Below are positions 11,525 to 22,733 of a DNA stretch of 64,000 bases, piece after piece. The DNA comes from Vitrella brassicaformis CCMP3155. Its lineage: Eukaryota > Protista > Chromerida. The notes under the pieces were generated by a model that worked only from the letters and a program-made list of their open reading frames with translations, had not been told where the DNA came from and made no database searches. Where the stretch lies: assembly GCA_001179505.1 (NCBI GenBank), contig CDMY01000256.1, positions 62,001 to 126,000 of the forward strand, in the 5' to 3' direction. The position numbers and the translations under genes were made by a program. Every line of letters starts with the position of its first letter. Within the stretch, counting starts at the first letter, position 1.

Positions 11525-14500
11525 ATGGCGTTGCAGTCAAGCGGTGCCGCGAGTCCACGACGGTCGCCTCTCCGGCGCTCAAGCGACCTGCCACATCCCA
11601 CGTCTGCTGCTACTGACTCCGTCGCTGCACCTGGCAGACCGTCGCTATCCCACAACTGCAACTCCAACCGTCGGCACACCGGACCAACCATGGCGGAGTA
11701 CCGCCAGCTGGCGCCCGACGCAGCAATGTGCCGTAAGAAGTCCCTGCTACCTTTCTCGTCATCACCAATGCAGCGGCGGCCAGACAACAGCGGCAAGTGG
11801 CACGGAAGGGCCGTCCGGGTGCTGCTGGCGCTCTTCTCTGTGGCCTTCATATCCCTCTTGGTGGTGCACACCGGCCTGGGACCCCCACCTGCCATTCCTC
11901 GGCTCTCTCTACCGGCCATCGTGACAACTGGCCCTCCAGCAGCGGGAGATGGCAAGGCCGCGGCGGTGCAGGCGGAGTCATCGGCAGAGGTGAATGTGAA
12001 TGTGGTGCCGCAGTACAATGACTCGGCCTATCAGGCGGTGGCCAACGACATCTATCGGCTCAATACGATGAGCGGCGACCCATTCCACCTCCCCGAGGGC
12101 GCTTATTTCGACCGGCCGCTGGGCTACGCTGACGTGACGATCGACCGCCTCACCGGCAAGCCGCGGCACAACGCCTCATCAACCACCCATTCCCAGCGTG
12201 CAGCCGGCAGTCGTTCGTTCGGGTATGACGCTTCCCTCTATCGCTCTGACGAGTGGACACGGCCAACGGGGGGAAACCAGCACGAGTACGCGGCCTACCA
12301 GTTCTCGCCCTTCCTGCCCCTCAACCCCGATGTGGTTGTCCGATCGGCCTTCTGGGACAGCGACCTCCGGCTGCTCAAGAGCCCGATGTCGAAATTCCAC
12401 ATCAGCCAGTGGCCGCCCTCTGTGTTTCGCGCCATCCGTGAGGGCCGGGCGAGGGGCGGCGTGGCCTTCAATCTCGAGGTCAAGTACGAGGTGTACAAGG
12501 CGGCCGCTGGCGTCTTTGCCGGCTGCTCGGCGGGGGGCGACCAGGGCGTGTCGTCTGTGTTCACCCTGCTCGAGCCCAAGGAGATCAACGACTGGATCGG
12601 GGGGCCCAAGCGGTTGCGCAAGCCGCCCATCACCCACCTGCACATGGTGCTCCTCTGCCCGCAGAAGCGGCCTGGCCCATCCCGGTCGGCCGTCCAGCCC
12701 TCTGACTTCCCCTTCATCATCACGCGCCCCCTGGACACTCTGCGTGCGGCGAAAAGGGGAGAGGTCGATAGTGTGGCTGTGTACGAGAAGCGCTACTCGC
12801 AAGAGCCCCTGTGGAGCCCCCCCACATCCCCGCACCCATCCGATGGCGACGAGCGAGGCGGTCTGGCGGTGCTGGTCAAGTCCACGCGAGGCGGCCCATC
12901 GGCCGTGGCCGGCGAGGGCCTCGACGAGAGGCGGATCATGGCGTGGCTGGCGCACATGCGCGGCATCGGCGTGACGCAGATCTACGTGTACGTCGTGGCT
13001 TTGTGGGACGACGACCACCTCGAGGGTGACGGTGAGAGCGGCTATCCGCCCGGGAGGAGGGAGGGCAGCCGGCCCACACTGCGGCTGGCGCTGGATGAGC
13101 GGATCGAGCGGCTGTTTCGTGAGCAGGAGGGGTTCGTCACGATCGTGCCCTTCCCACAGTATATCGGCCAGTGGTGAGCGAAGAAAGGACATGAGACGTC
13201 TGTACGTGGAACAACACAGCGAATGCGGCCTTCCGTGTGTGTGTGTGTGTGTGTGATGCAGGTGCTATCGTCCCTGGCGTGATCGCGTGACTTGGGGCCC
13301 CTGGCCGCTGACCTACACCTACTGCTATGCGGAAGGCAGCTCCGTCCAGGATGTCATCTATCGCTTCAGGTAGGCCTGGCCTGACGCAGCGCAGGTGACG
13401 TGACAAACATGGGGAGACAGCGACAGCAGGACATTCACCCGATCTGCTCCCTCCCTCTCAGATGGAGCCACCGCGCCGTCATCCTGATCGATCTCGACGA
13501 GTACTTCCTCCTTCCCCTGCCCAGCAACCCCATCGGCTTCCCCATGGTCAACGAAACCCTCACCCCCACGGCTTTCTTCAACACCGTCCCTCCTCCCTCC
13601 CCCCAGCGCACCCTCGACCTATGGTTCGACCGGCACCTGGAGCACAGCTACCGGAGGAAAGACACTCATGCGGTCTTCCTGGTTGGCTATCGGCAGTACT
13701 ACCCCGACTGCGTGGTGAGGAGCGACGGCAGCAGCTACTACGATGTGATGGACCTGGGGACGCTGCGGCACGCCCCACACTCGTGGCTGTTCAAGGACAT
13801 GAACCCCGGAAAGTCATTCTTCCTCCTCCCCACACCCGTACGACGGCCATCCCTCCACGCACACACACACGCACACACACAGAGAGAGAGAGAGAGAGAG
13901 ACGGGGGCGTGTGTGGACGTTGGTGTTTTGTGTCAGGTGGTGATGGGTCTGCACTATGAGCGCACTCGGCTGATGCGAGCCCGCACCGAGAACGCCCTCA
14001 TAGCCCACATCCACCGCGGCTGCCCCCTCCCAAAGCCACCCGAGGCGCCCGACCTGCTGGAGCTCATCAAGCGGACCAAACACGGCGCCGACGACGCGCA
14101 GACAGAGGAGGAACTGACGCGTGACGAGAAGCTGCACGAGGGGTGGGATCTCGTATGGCCCGCCGACACGCTCAAGCAGGGTACAGAATGGAGACACAAA
14201 CAGATGTCTAGACCCCCACCAACGGGATTTGTCGTCAGGTGGTCGGGCCATTCTGCCGGTGGTGCAGAGGGGCTTCTCAGCCTGTCACGGCCTCAACGGC
14301 ATCTACAACGCCTCCACCCACAGCTGCTGCGCTGCCCACTGCCAGCGGTGCGGCCCGCCCCCTCTGTGGCCGCAGGACCCCCGCGGGCCGATCGTGAGCG
14401 ACGAGTGGGCCTACTTCAAAGAGATCGGGGAGCGGGTCAGCGAGGGCATCGGGGAGTGCTCGGCGTCGTGGGTGCGGAGGAACGGCCTGCCGTGTGGGGC

Positions 14501-14837
14501 GGCCGACGGCAGCCTACCCTGCTGGATACATGACGGTCAGTCAGTCAGCCGGCAAAGGGAGAAAGAACCAACAAGAAGACAAGACGAGACATGCCGCGAG
14601 AGTTGTGATGTGAGCTGTGTCTTGTGCCTTCATGTAGATGTGTTGCTGCCGCCAGCGGCCGGCAGAGCTCAGGAGAGGCACCGCCCGGCGATCATCGATG
14701 CTCCAGAGGTGGAGGACGACAGTGATGCAGCAGACGCCGACAGCGACGCAGCAGATGCGGCAGACACGGGAGAAGAGGGGGATGACAACCTGCCGCAGCC
14801 AGACGAACGCGAAGGCGACCAGAAGGAGATAGGGTGA
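11525..14837 (+). CDS. Type II membrane glycosyltransferase, GT92/DUF23-like, with C-terminal Cys-rich module
   Basis: N-terminal TM (VLLALFSVAFISLLVV); WLAHMRGIGVTQIYVY; AVILIDLDEY (DxD); GKS; IAHIH. Confidence 0.7.
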
Positions 14838-16117
14838 TTCCGAGGTTACTGTGGCGTTGTGTCGTGTTGTGTTGTCTTGTCTTGTCTTGGTGGCTTTTGT
14901 CTGTTGGCGTCGGTAGGGCGTGGCGTCGGCCATTCAGGATTGATTTCGCTTGTGCGCGGGCTGGCGCTGGGTTGGGGAGACAAGCCCGCCCGTCCGTCCG
15001 TCCGTCCGTCTGTTTGCTTACGTTGGTTGGGTGTGCCGTGCCGGTCAGTGCAGGGCACGTGAGCCGCCGATGCTCACCTACCTACCCACCAGCCAGCAAG
15101 AGAGCCAGTCGTGCATGCATTTTGTGTGTATGTATCCATCCATCGCTCGATCCTTTCGTTGATGGCCGGTGAGTTAGGTGTTCGACTGACTGACGTATCT
15201 ATATATCGCATGCATCTTTTGTGGCCGGCCTTTTGTCTGTCTATGTATGTCTCGTACGAGGCTCATGCGTGCCCACCGTACACGTGGATCAATCGCATCA
15301 CTGTCTGTGCGTTGTGTGTGGATTTATCGCATCTATCGGTGAATAATTCAATAGCCTTTCGTCAGTCGTCAGGCGCGAATCTCTAAGTCAGTCGGTCCCT
15401 CAAGTCAGTCAGTGTTGTGTGCGCGTGTCGTGCTCGCTGCGTGTTCCTGGCTGCCGCTGTGGCTGCAGACGAGATCTGGGCGGGCATCTGTACTGCCTGC
15501 AAGCCCAGACGCCGTCTGCGGCGGCAGACCAAGTGTGTCTAGAACAAGCGATGCACGTCACATACAATGGATGGGGGCAAAATGTTCAGCCGGTGGCCAG
15601 GGAGGGGAGGGAGTCCGGTCTCTCTACGCTACGCTACGCTACATCTGCTGTGCCGTGGTGGGCTGTGACAGCTGTGGTACCAGCCGCACTCCGTCGAGAT
15701 GAATCCACCGGAAGACGTTCCGTTGAAGCTTCATTCATTCAACCATTCGACAAACCATAATAGCTTTCTTTATCAACAGGCAGCAGACAGGCAAACAAAC
15801 CACCGCAACCCTCGCCCCACTCACACACACACACACAGGTAGACATGGAGCGTCTCCCTCCTGCGATTTCATTCATCCATCCATTCATCGCTGCTGCCGA
15901 ATTATCTTACAGGCCGGCACCGCACACACATACCATGCTGCGCATGCAATAGCTAGTTACAGTGCTGCTTAGGAACAGGCAGGCACCAGAAGAAGGCTTC
16001 ATGACCTCTCTCTCTCCTCAAGCAAAGATAGACAGGAGGGCAGGGCGAATGAGATGGGTTGAGAAGAATGGGAGGGAGGGGCATCTCTCCCCTCAGCCAG
16101 CCAGCCTGTCAGTCGAG

Positions 16118-17298
16118 CTAGTTGTTGGCCGCCGGAATGACGCCCCGCTGCTCCAGCTCGTCCAAAATGATCTGAAGCCCCCGCATCCAAACACACACAC
16201 ATTCACACACATACTCTGCGGGTCTGTATGGATGGCTGTCTACCCTACTCGACGCACCTGCACAAGCTCCTTCACGGAGTGCACGTCAGTCCGCAGGTCC
16301 AGCTCGGGCTTCTCGGGCGCCTCGAATGGGTCATCGATGCCTGTGAAGCCCTTGATCTCCCCACTGCGTGCCTTCTTGTACAGACCCTTCGGATCGCGAC
16401 GCTCAGCCTCCTGGACGGACGGACCAACGAGTGACATGTATGCCACACACAAACAGAGAGAGCCACGCACACACCCTTTCAGACGACTGACTGTGCTGTT
16501 GGCGATGGCGTGGTGTGTGGGGTAGGTACCAGGTACCTCTAGTGTGCAGTTGATGTGGGCCTCGATGAAGGTGAGTCCGGCCTTGTCGTGCAGCTCCCGC
16601 ACCTTGGCACGGTCATCCTTGTAGGGCGAGATGAAAGACGTCGTCACAACCATTCCTTGAAAGGCACACCACACACAACACACACACATGTATATGCAAA
16701 TCGCCGCATTTTCGCCTCTTGGGGCCCACCGGCGTCATTGAAGAGCTTGGCGACTTCGCCGATCCTGCGGATGTTCTCAGCACGGTCGGCTGCCGAGAAG
16801 CCGAGGTTCTTGTTGAGGCCGAAGCGGATGTTGTCGCCGTCGAGCCGATAGGCGTGTATGCGCCTCTGGATGAGCACCTGCTCCAGCGCCACGGCTACGG
16901 TGCTCTTGCCAGCACCGCTGACGCCTGTCATCCAGATGGTCGCGCCTTTGTGACCCATCAGCGCCTCCCTGCCACGACAGGCAGACAGACAGACACTCGT
17001 GTGTCAGTCAGACTGATGGGCACAAGACTTCGTTCTCTGTGGGCTCTCAGCGCTTGCCTTTCGTCTCGAGAGACGGTTCCATCGTGCCATGTGATGTTGG
17101 TGGCTGCTCACACACACAGACGAAGGACAACACACACAATGAGTTGTTTGGCAGGTGTCCTTCTGCCTGATTCCCTCCCTCCCTGCCTGCCTCCCTCCCT
17201 CCCTCCCTACCCTTTTCGAGTTGGGGCGAGCCTGGGTTTGGGCTGGCGGCCGTCGATGAGGCGCCCGTGGAGGAGCTCGTGCTGCTGCCCTGAGTCAT
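16118..17298 (-). CDS. cysC: Adenylyl-sulfate (APS) kinase
   Basis: [24 protein letters not shown]-loop, [63 protein letters not shown]; TAG at 16120-16118. Confidence 0.96.
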
Positions 17299-17400
17299 GG
17301 CCCCAACTATCCAATCCACCACTTCTGCCCGGGGTGGCACGTTCTCGGCCTCAACCCAACGAGGGATTGGCAAAGCCCTTTCTCAGCCTTTTTGAAGGAA

Positions 17401-17422
17401 AGCTCGCAAATGTAAGCTCGCA
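17401..17422 (+). promoter_or_regulatory. Two AGCTCGCA motifs in the APSK/SUMO spacer
   Basis: AGCTCGCA at 17401-17408 and 17415-17422. Confidence 0.55.
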
Positions 17423-17488
17423 GTGGCGAAGTAGTGTCAGTAGAGGCTTTTTGAGGAGATAACTGTTGTTGTTGGAGCGTGTACTGCG

Positions 17489-18225
17489 ATGGCGGACGAG
17501 GAGGGGCAGCCGCAGCACATCAACCTCAAGGTGAGTGTGCCACGTCAAAATCGATGAGTTGACGAGAGCAGGAGGACAAGGGAAGGAGGGAGAGAGGAGC
17601 CAGGCGGTCAGCTGGTCTGGCGTGATGGCTGCCGAAAGCAGAGGCTAAAAAGATCTGGGCGTGTTATGTCTTGGAAGCGATGAGTGGGATGGCCTTTGCC
17701 GCGTTGTGTGTGGTTGGATGTGTGGGTGCAGGTGAAGAGCCAGGACGGCAAGGAGGTCTTCTTCAAAGTCAAGTCAGTGACAGAAATGTTAAACGACACA
17801 CACCACTGCAAGCCCACCCAGCAAAAGGCGGCCTTAGGGGTGTGGTGTGGTGTGTCAGAAAGTGGACCAAATTCGAGAAGCTCATGAACGCCTACCACCA
17901 GAAACTGGCACTCGCACCCAACTCTGTCAGGTACGTACCGCAGCGGTCAAACCAAACCAGGCAGGCTACCACACTGTCATCCATGCCAATGAGGGTGTGT
18001 GTGTGTGTGTAAGGTTTTTGTTTGACGGCGACCGCATCGCTAAGGAGAGCACGCCCGACGACCTGGGCATGGAGGACGGGGATGTCATCGACGCAGTCGC
18101 CGAACAACAGGGTCAGACAGAACACACGACACACACAAGACAGAGAGAGAGAGGAGGAGCATCCTCTCACTGTTTATGTGTGTGTGTGTGTGTGGTGTGT
18201 GTGTGCAGGTGGCGGCAGCGGGTGA
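17489..18225 (+). CDS. SUMO: Small ubiquitin-like modifier (SUMO)
   Basis: Five exons: MADEEGQPQHINLK/VKSQDGKEVFFKV/KKWTKFEKLMNAY.../RFLFDGDRIAKESTPDDLGMEDGDVIDAVAEQQG/G-GSG*; diglycine followed by a short propeptide. Confidence 0.95.
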
Positions 18226-18670
18226 CCGACCGGCTGTGAGTGGCGGTCATTCGCACCCTGTGGCGACATACCCACTAGTCTATTCCTGCCTGCCTGCCTG
18301 TGCATTACTCTCTCTCTCCTTCTCCCTATCCGCTGACTGACACACTCGCTATAGCTAGCCACGACACACACAGTCACATGCGCACACGCACACGCACACC
18401 TGAATGTTAGTATACGTGGTTGACTGACGAGATACTTAAAGGTACAGACAGGGTCGGGCGGTTCTCGGGGTCTTTGCCTCTTGCTGATTGATGTGTACAA
18501 GTCACGTCTTGTGTGTTGAGTGGTGTGCGTTCGGCGTCCGTCGCTCTCGCCGGTGCCAAGAGATCCTTCGATGGACCACACATTGAAGGAGCTCTTTCGC
18601 CGGAGGTGGTGGACGCAGAACACCACTGCTGAGCAAGCACGCGACTTTGACAAGAGGGGGCTGTGTGTGT

Positions 18671-19722
18671 GGGCGCGCCTTTTATTATTGGCTGTGTCTG
18701 TATTGCGTCCTCAGTTCGTGTCTGGCCGGTTTGGCCGCTCGCTGCATTGGCCAGAGCCACCTCATCTTTAGGCTGACAGCTACCCTGAGTTGTGAGCCCA
18801 TAGATGAGGCGGAGAGGGCGGATGCACACAGCGAAACACTGACACAGACCGAGAGAGAGAGAGAGGGGATGTGTTGGATGGATGGCTGGAGATAGCGATA
18901 GCAGCACACCACACGGCCCCCACCGCCCCGCTTTGTGTACAGCTGGAGGAACCGACGTGCCTGCATCTCTTGTGTGTGACCTGCCTGCCTCCGTATGCGT
19001 CTGTGTGGACCGGCTGGCTGGCTGGCTGGCTGTGTGTGTGCATCGATGACCGACCGAGTGTCTGACATGCATTGTTCATCTATCTCTCTCTCTTTTGCTG
19101 GATGGATGGATGGATGGACGACAATTTAGCTGCATTCTGTGGCGTGGCGTGGCGTGCTTCAACAGTGCTGTGTGTTATTGGCTGCGCGCACACGTACAAG
19201 TAGTCAGTCAATCAATCGGCCGCACGCACACACACACACAGGGGCGTCCATGTAGGCGATTCGATTGTGCAGACACACAGGCGATTCGAGCGTCCTGCCG
19301 TCGAGTGTCCCCGCCCGCCAACACACTCCACACCAACATGGGCGCACGAGTCATATGCATCTCACCCCACTCTGATCGAATGGAAACTTACTCACGCAGG
19401 AACCATGAAAGCAACACACAACGCACACCACATACACACACACAGGCACACGAGATAAGGCACCGACCGACCGGCCGGCCGGCTGGCTGGCTGGCTGACT
19501 GCAAATCACTCACTCTATCTCCCAGTCACTCACGTCAATGTATGTCTGTCTGTCTGTCGCTGTCGGTCGCTGAGTGCATCCGCCCGCTCCGCCTCATCTA
19601 TCGGCTCACAACTCAGTGTAGCTGTCAGCCCATGGACGAGCTGAAGCAATTCCATGCAGCGAGCGGCCAACCGGACAGACACGAACAAAGGACGCAATAC
19701 AGACAGAGCCAATAAATCGCCC
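18671..19722. repeat. Imperfect ~180-bp inverted repeat (arms ~18671-18850 and ~19545-19722) plus a partial third copy at ~19755-19835; possible non-autonomous element
   Basis: Left arm ...attggctgtgtctgtattgcgtcc...gctgacagctaccctgagttgtgagcccatagatgaggcggagagggcggatgcac matches the reverse complement of the right arm. Confidence 0.85.
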
Positions 19723-20008
19723 AGAACACCGCATTCGCCAACAAGAAACTCGTGTCTGTCTGTCTGTCTGAGTGGCTGATTGCATCCGCGCGCCCCGCCC
19801 TCACCTGTCGGCTCACAACTCAGTCAGTGTAGGTGTCCACCAAAAGGTGAGCGACTAGGCAAAGAGAACAAAAAGTGACTTCGTTCCACACACATATTAC
19901 TACTCATCCACACGTGTGGATGAGCTACTAGTACTACACAACAAGAGGGGGAGAGTAGGGGAGCCGAGCCGAGCCGAGCCGAGCAGGACTCACTCTCTTC
20001 TCGTCGCC

Positions 20009-22566
20009 CTACATGAAGATCTGCTCATACACGGACGACGCGCGTGTCTGGCCGTACTGAGTGACACACAACACCACAGCACCACAGCACCGGCGTCGTT
20101 CTCTCTCTTTCTTTGTATCAGTGTTCGTGTGGTGTGCAGTGTTACCTACCGGGCCTTTCAGGAAGGCGTCAAACATGAGCAGAGCCACCTCTGGCTGGTC
20201 CCTGACACACAAACACAACGCAACACAAGAGGATCTCACTGTGACACACACGTACAGTGTGTGTGCTGTTTGTACTGTTGGTTGGCCCGTGTGCACGCTT
20301 ACATTGGGACCATGTGTCCGGCCGAGAAGACCCGCATGAAAGTCAGGTTCTCGACGGTCTTCTGGCTCGCCACCGCCTTGCCATCCACCACCCAATCAGT
20401 CATCTACACACACAACACAACACAAGGATAGGATAGCGTCTGTCTGTCTGCCATGGTGAGGGTGGGGGTGTGTGTGGGTGGGGTCATCTTCCGGTCTCCG
20501 TTCTTGGCTGAGCTGACCTCCTTTTGCCTGAAGTCAGCCTGGTGCTCCCACTGTATCTTGTGGACCCAATCGAGGCCGCCGAACCAGTTGCAGATGTAGT
20601 CCTGGTCACCATTGTAGATCAGCACGGCCTTGCCAGCTGCCAGCAGCCCCGCAACCTTCTTACGAACCCTACACGTGCCACACACACATACAGACACACA
20701 TAAAGGACACGCAGGTCAACGAGCGAAAAGGGTTTAGGGAAGTTTAGAGACAGAGAGGGGGGGAGGGGGGGCGGGGTATGTGTGTGTGTCTTACGAGAGG
20801 ATCCAGTCGCCGAGAAGGGTGGTGTGGACGACATAGTTGCAGTCGACCCACCTCTTGTCCACACCCATGGCCTCCTGCACCGAGGGGTCATTCAGGAAGT
20901 TGCCGATGCCCGTCTCGTTGTAACACAGAGGGGGCACCTGCACGCACAGTCCAGTCCCCCCACACGCACACACCACTTCTGCCACTCACTCTGCAACTGT
21001 GTGTGCCTGAGTCACCGACCTCGCACTGCAGCCTGATGTCGTATGGGTTGAGTGTGCCGAGCAGCTGTGTGGTGAGCGGCTCGCACAGCACATTGGCGAT
21101 CTCCCATATGCCGCTCTCGACGGCACGGTCGCACGCCTGATACGCTGACACACATCCATCCATCCATCCACACGTGAGAAGTGTGTAGCCCCGGTACCTT
21201 TCTTTGCGTGTTGGTAGGTCCTGTTGCTGATGAGGTTGTTGGCGTATGCGAAGTCGGCATAGGCCGGGAACTGCGTGTACGGGTCCACCCAGCCATTGCC
21301 GATAGCCACGCCTAACACATGGCATGGGGGCCGCCATATCCTGTCTGTGTGTGTGCGTGTCCCGCATCCTCCCAGCCAGCCACCTTTGAAGTTGAGCCCC
21401 TGGATGGGGTTCTGCAGCAAGTAGTGCGCAATCGACGGGATATAATGCCCGGCGTAGCTCTCGCCGGTGATGTAGAACGGCCTGGGGGCACGGGCAAATC
21501 ATCAACCGACGGACGTCGCAAACGACAAACGTGTCCGTAGCGAGTGAGTGGGTGATTGTCTGTCTGTCTGCCTGTCTGCCATCCTCTGCCCACCTGTCGA
21601 CTAAGTGCGGGAAGAGAGTGAGGAATTTGGTCAGAAAGGTGTCCATGTCTGACCAACAAGCGCGCAGGCAGGCAGGCAGGCAGCCCACGAAGTGGCACAT
21701 CGACACAACGAACGAGCGCATCTGACGTCCCCCACCCAACCGACCCACCGACCCTTTGATATTTGTTTCTCGTTCTTGGCGTAGTTGAGCGGGTCATTTG
21801 TCTCGCTGAAACCCGTCCCCAGTGGCTGGTCCACATACAACATGTTCGCCACGCTCGACCTGACACGATGGATGAAGGATGGATGGTAGGAGGTGCAGAC
21901 AGACAGAGATCCAGAGAGATCGTGCGCGTGTTCCTCTCTCCTTCACTCACCATGAGTGCTCATTGTATGCCAGTGTGGCGTTCGGCTGCCCCCTACACAC
22001 AGACAGACAGACAGACACGCAGAGGGCGAGAGAGACTACGAGTAGGCCCACACACACCACCAAAGCCGACGCTGCGCCAACTAACCAGAAGGGCCCGTTC
22101 TCCTGCAGCCATGCGATCTCCGAAGAGCAGCCAGGACCTGACAGTGACGCATACACATTCACGTGAGGCAAACCTCTCTGCGTGTGGAGGCCTGTGCTTC
22201 GTCTGGCCTTTATTACCTACCTCCGGTGAGCCACATGACGAAGGGGTCAGATGCAGGCTCTCCTCTGCTGGGGAAGAACGTGTAGAACATCTCCCCACCC
22301 TCATAACCCGTGTGGATGAATCCTGCACACCACCAGCCAGCAATGCACCGACGCACGGACACACCACGCAATGCACCGTCCGAGCTCTTGTGCCCACCAC
22401 AGTGCTGCTTACCTGTGAACATTTTCTCTCCCAGGAAGGCCTCGGCTGTCACTTCTTTCTTCTCTGGCAATGCTTGTGCCGCCATGGGTGAGCGGATGGA
22501 TGAAGGGCCGCATGACACGACGGCAAGAGCTGCAACCGACAGGATCACCGACAGACGTCCAAACAT
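20009..22566 (-). CDS. Secreted serine carboxypeptidase (peptidase S10)
   Basis: Signal peptide MFGRLSVILSVAALAVVSC; WLTGGPGCSS; ANMLYVDQPLGTGFS; ITGESYAG (Ser); LIYNGDQDYICNW (Asp); AGHMVP (His). Confidence 0.95.
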
Positions 22567-22733
22567 GGTGCGCTGATGTGCAGGGGAAGGTGTCACGGCA
22601 CGTGGGATCTTCCGATCTGCAAGCTTAGCTATGGCCCCCCCTTCCAAAAGTTGTCGCGCATTCCCCACCAAAACTGATCTCGATGGCACGTCTCTGCAGA
22701 GAGCCCGGCAAGTGTTTCTGCGGAGCTCAGGGG

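Noticed and set aside
14840-16110. Hidden gene between the GT92-like gene and APS kinase
   Set aside because: Only low-complexity short ORFs and no coherent exon chain
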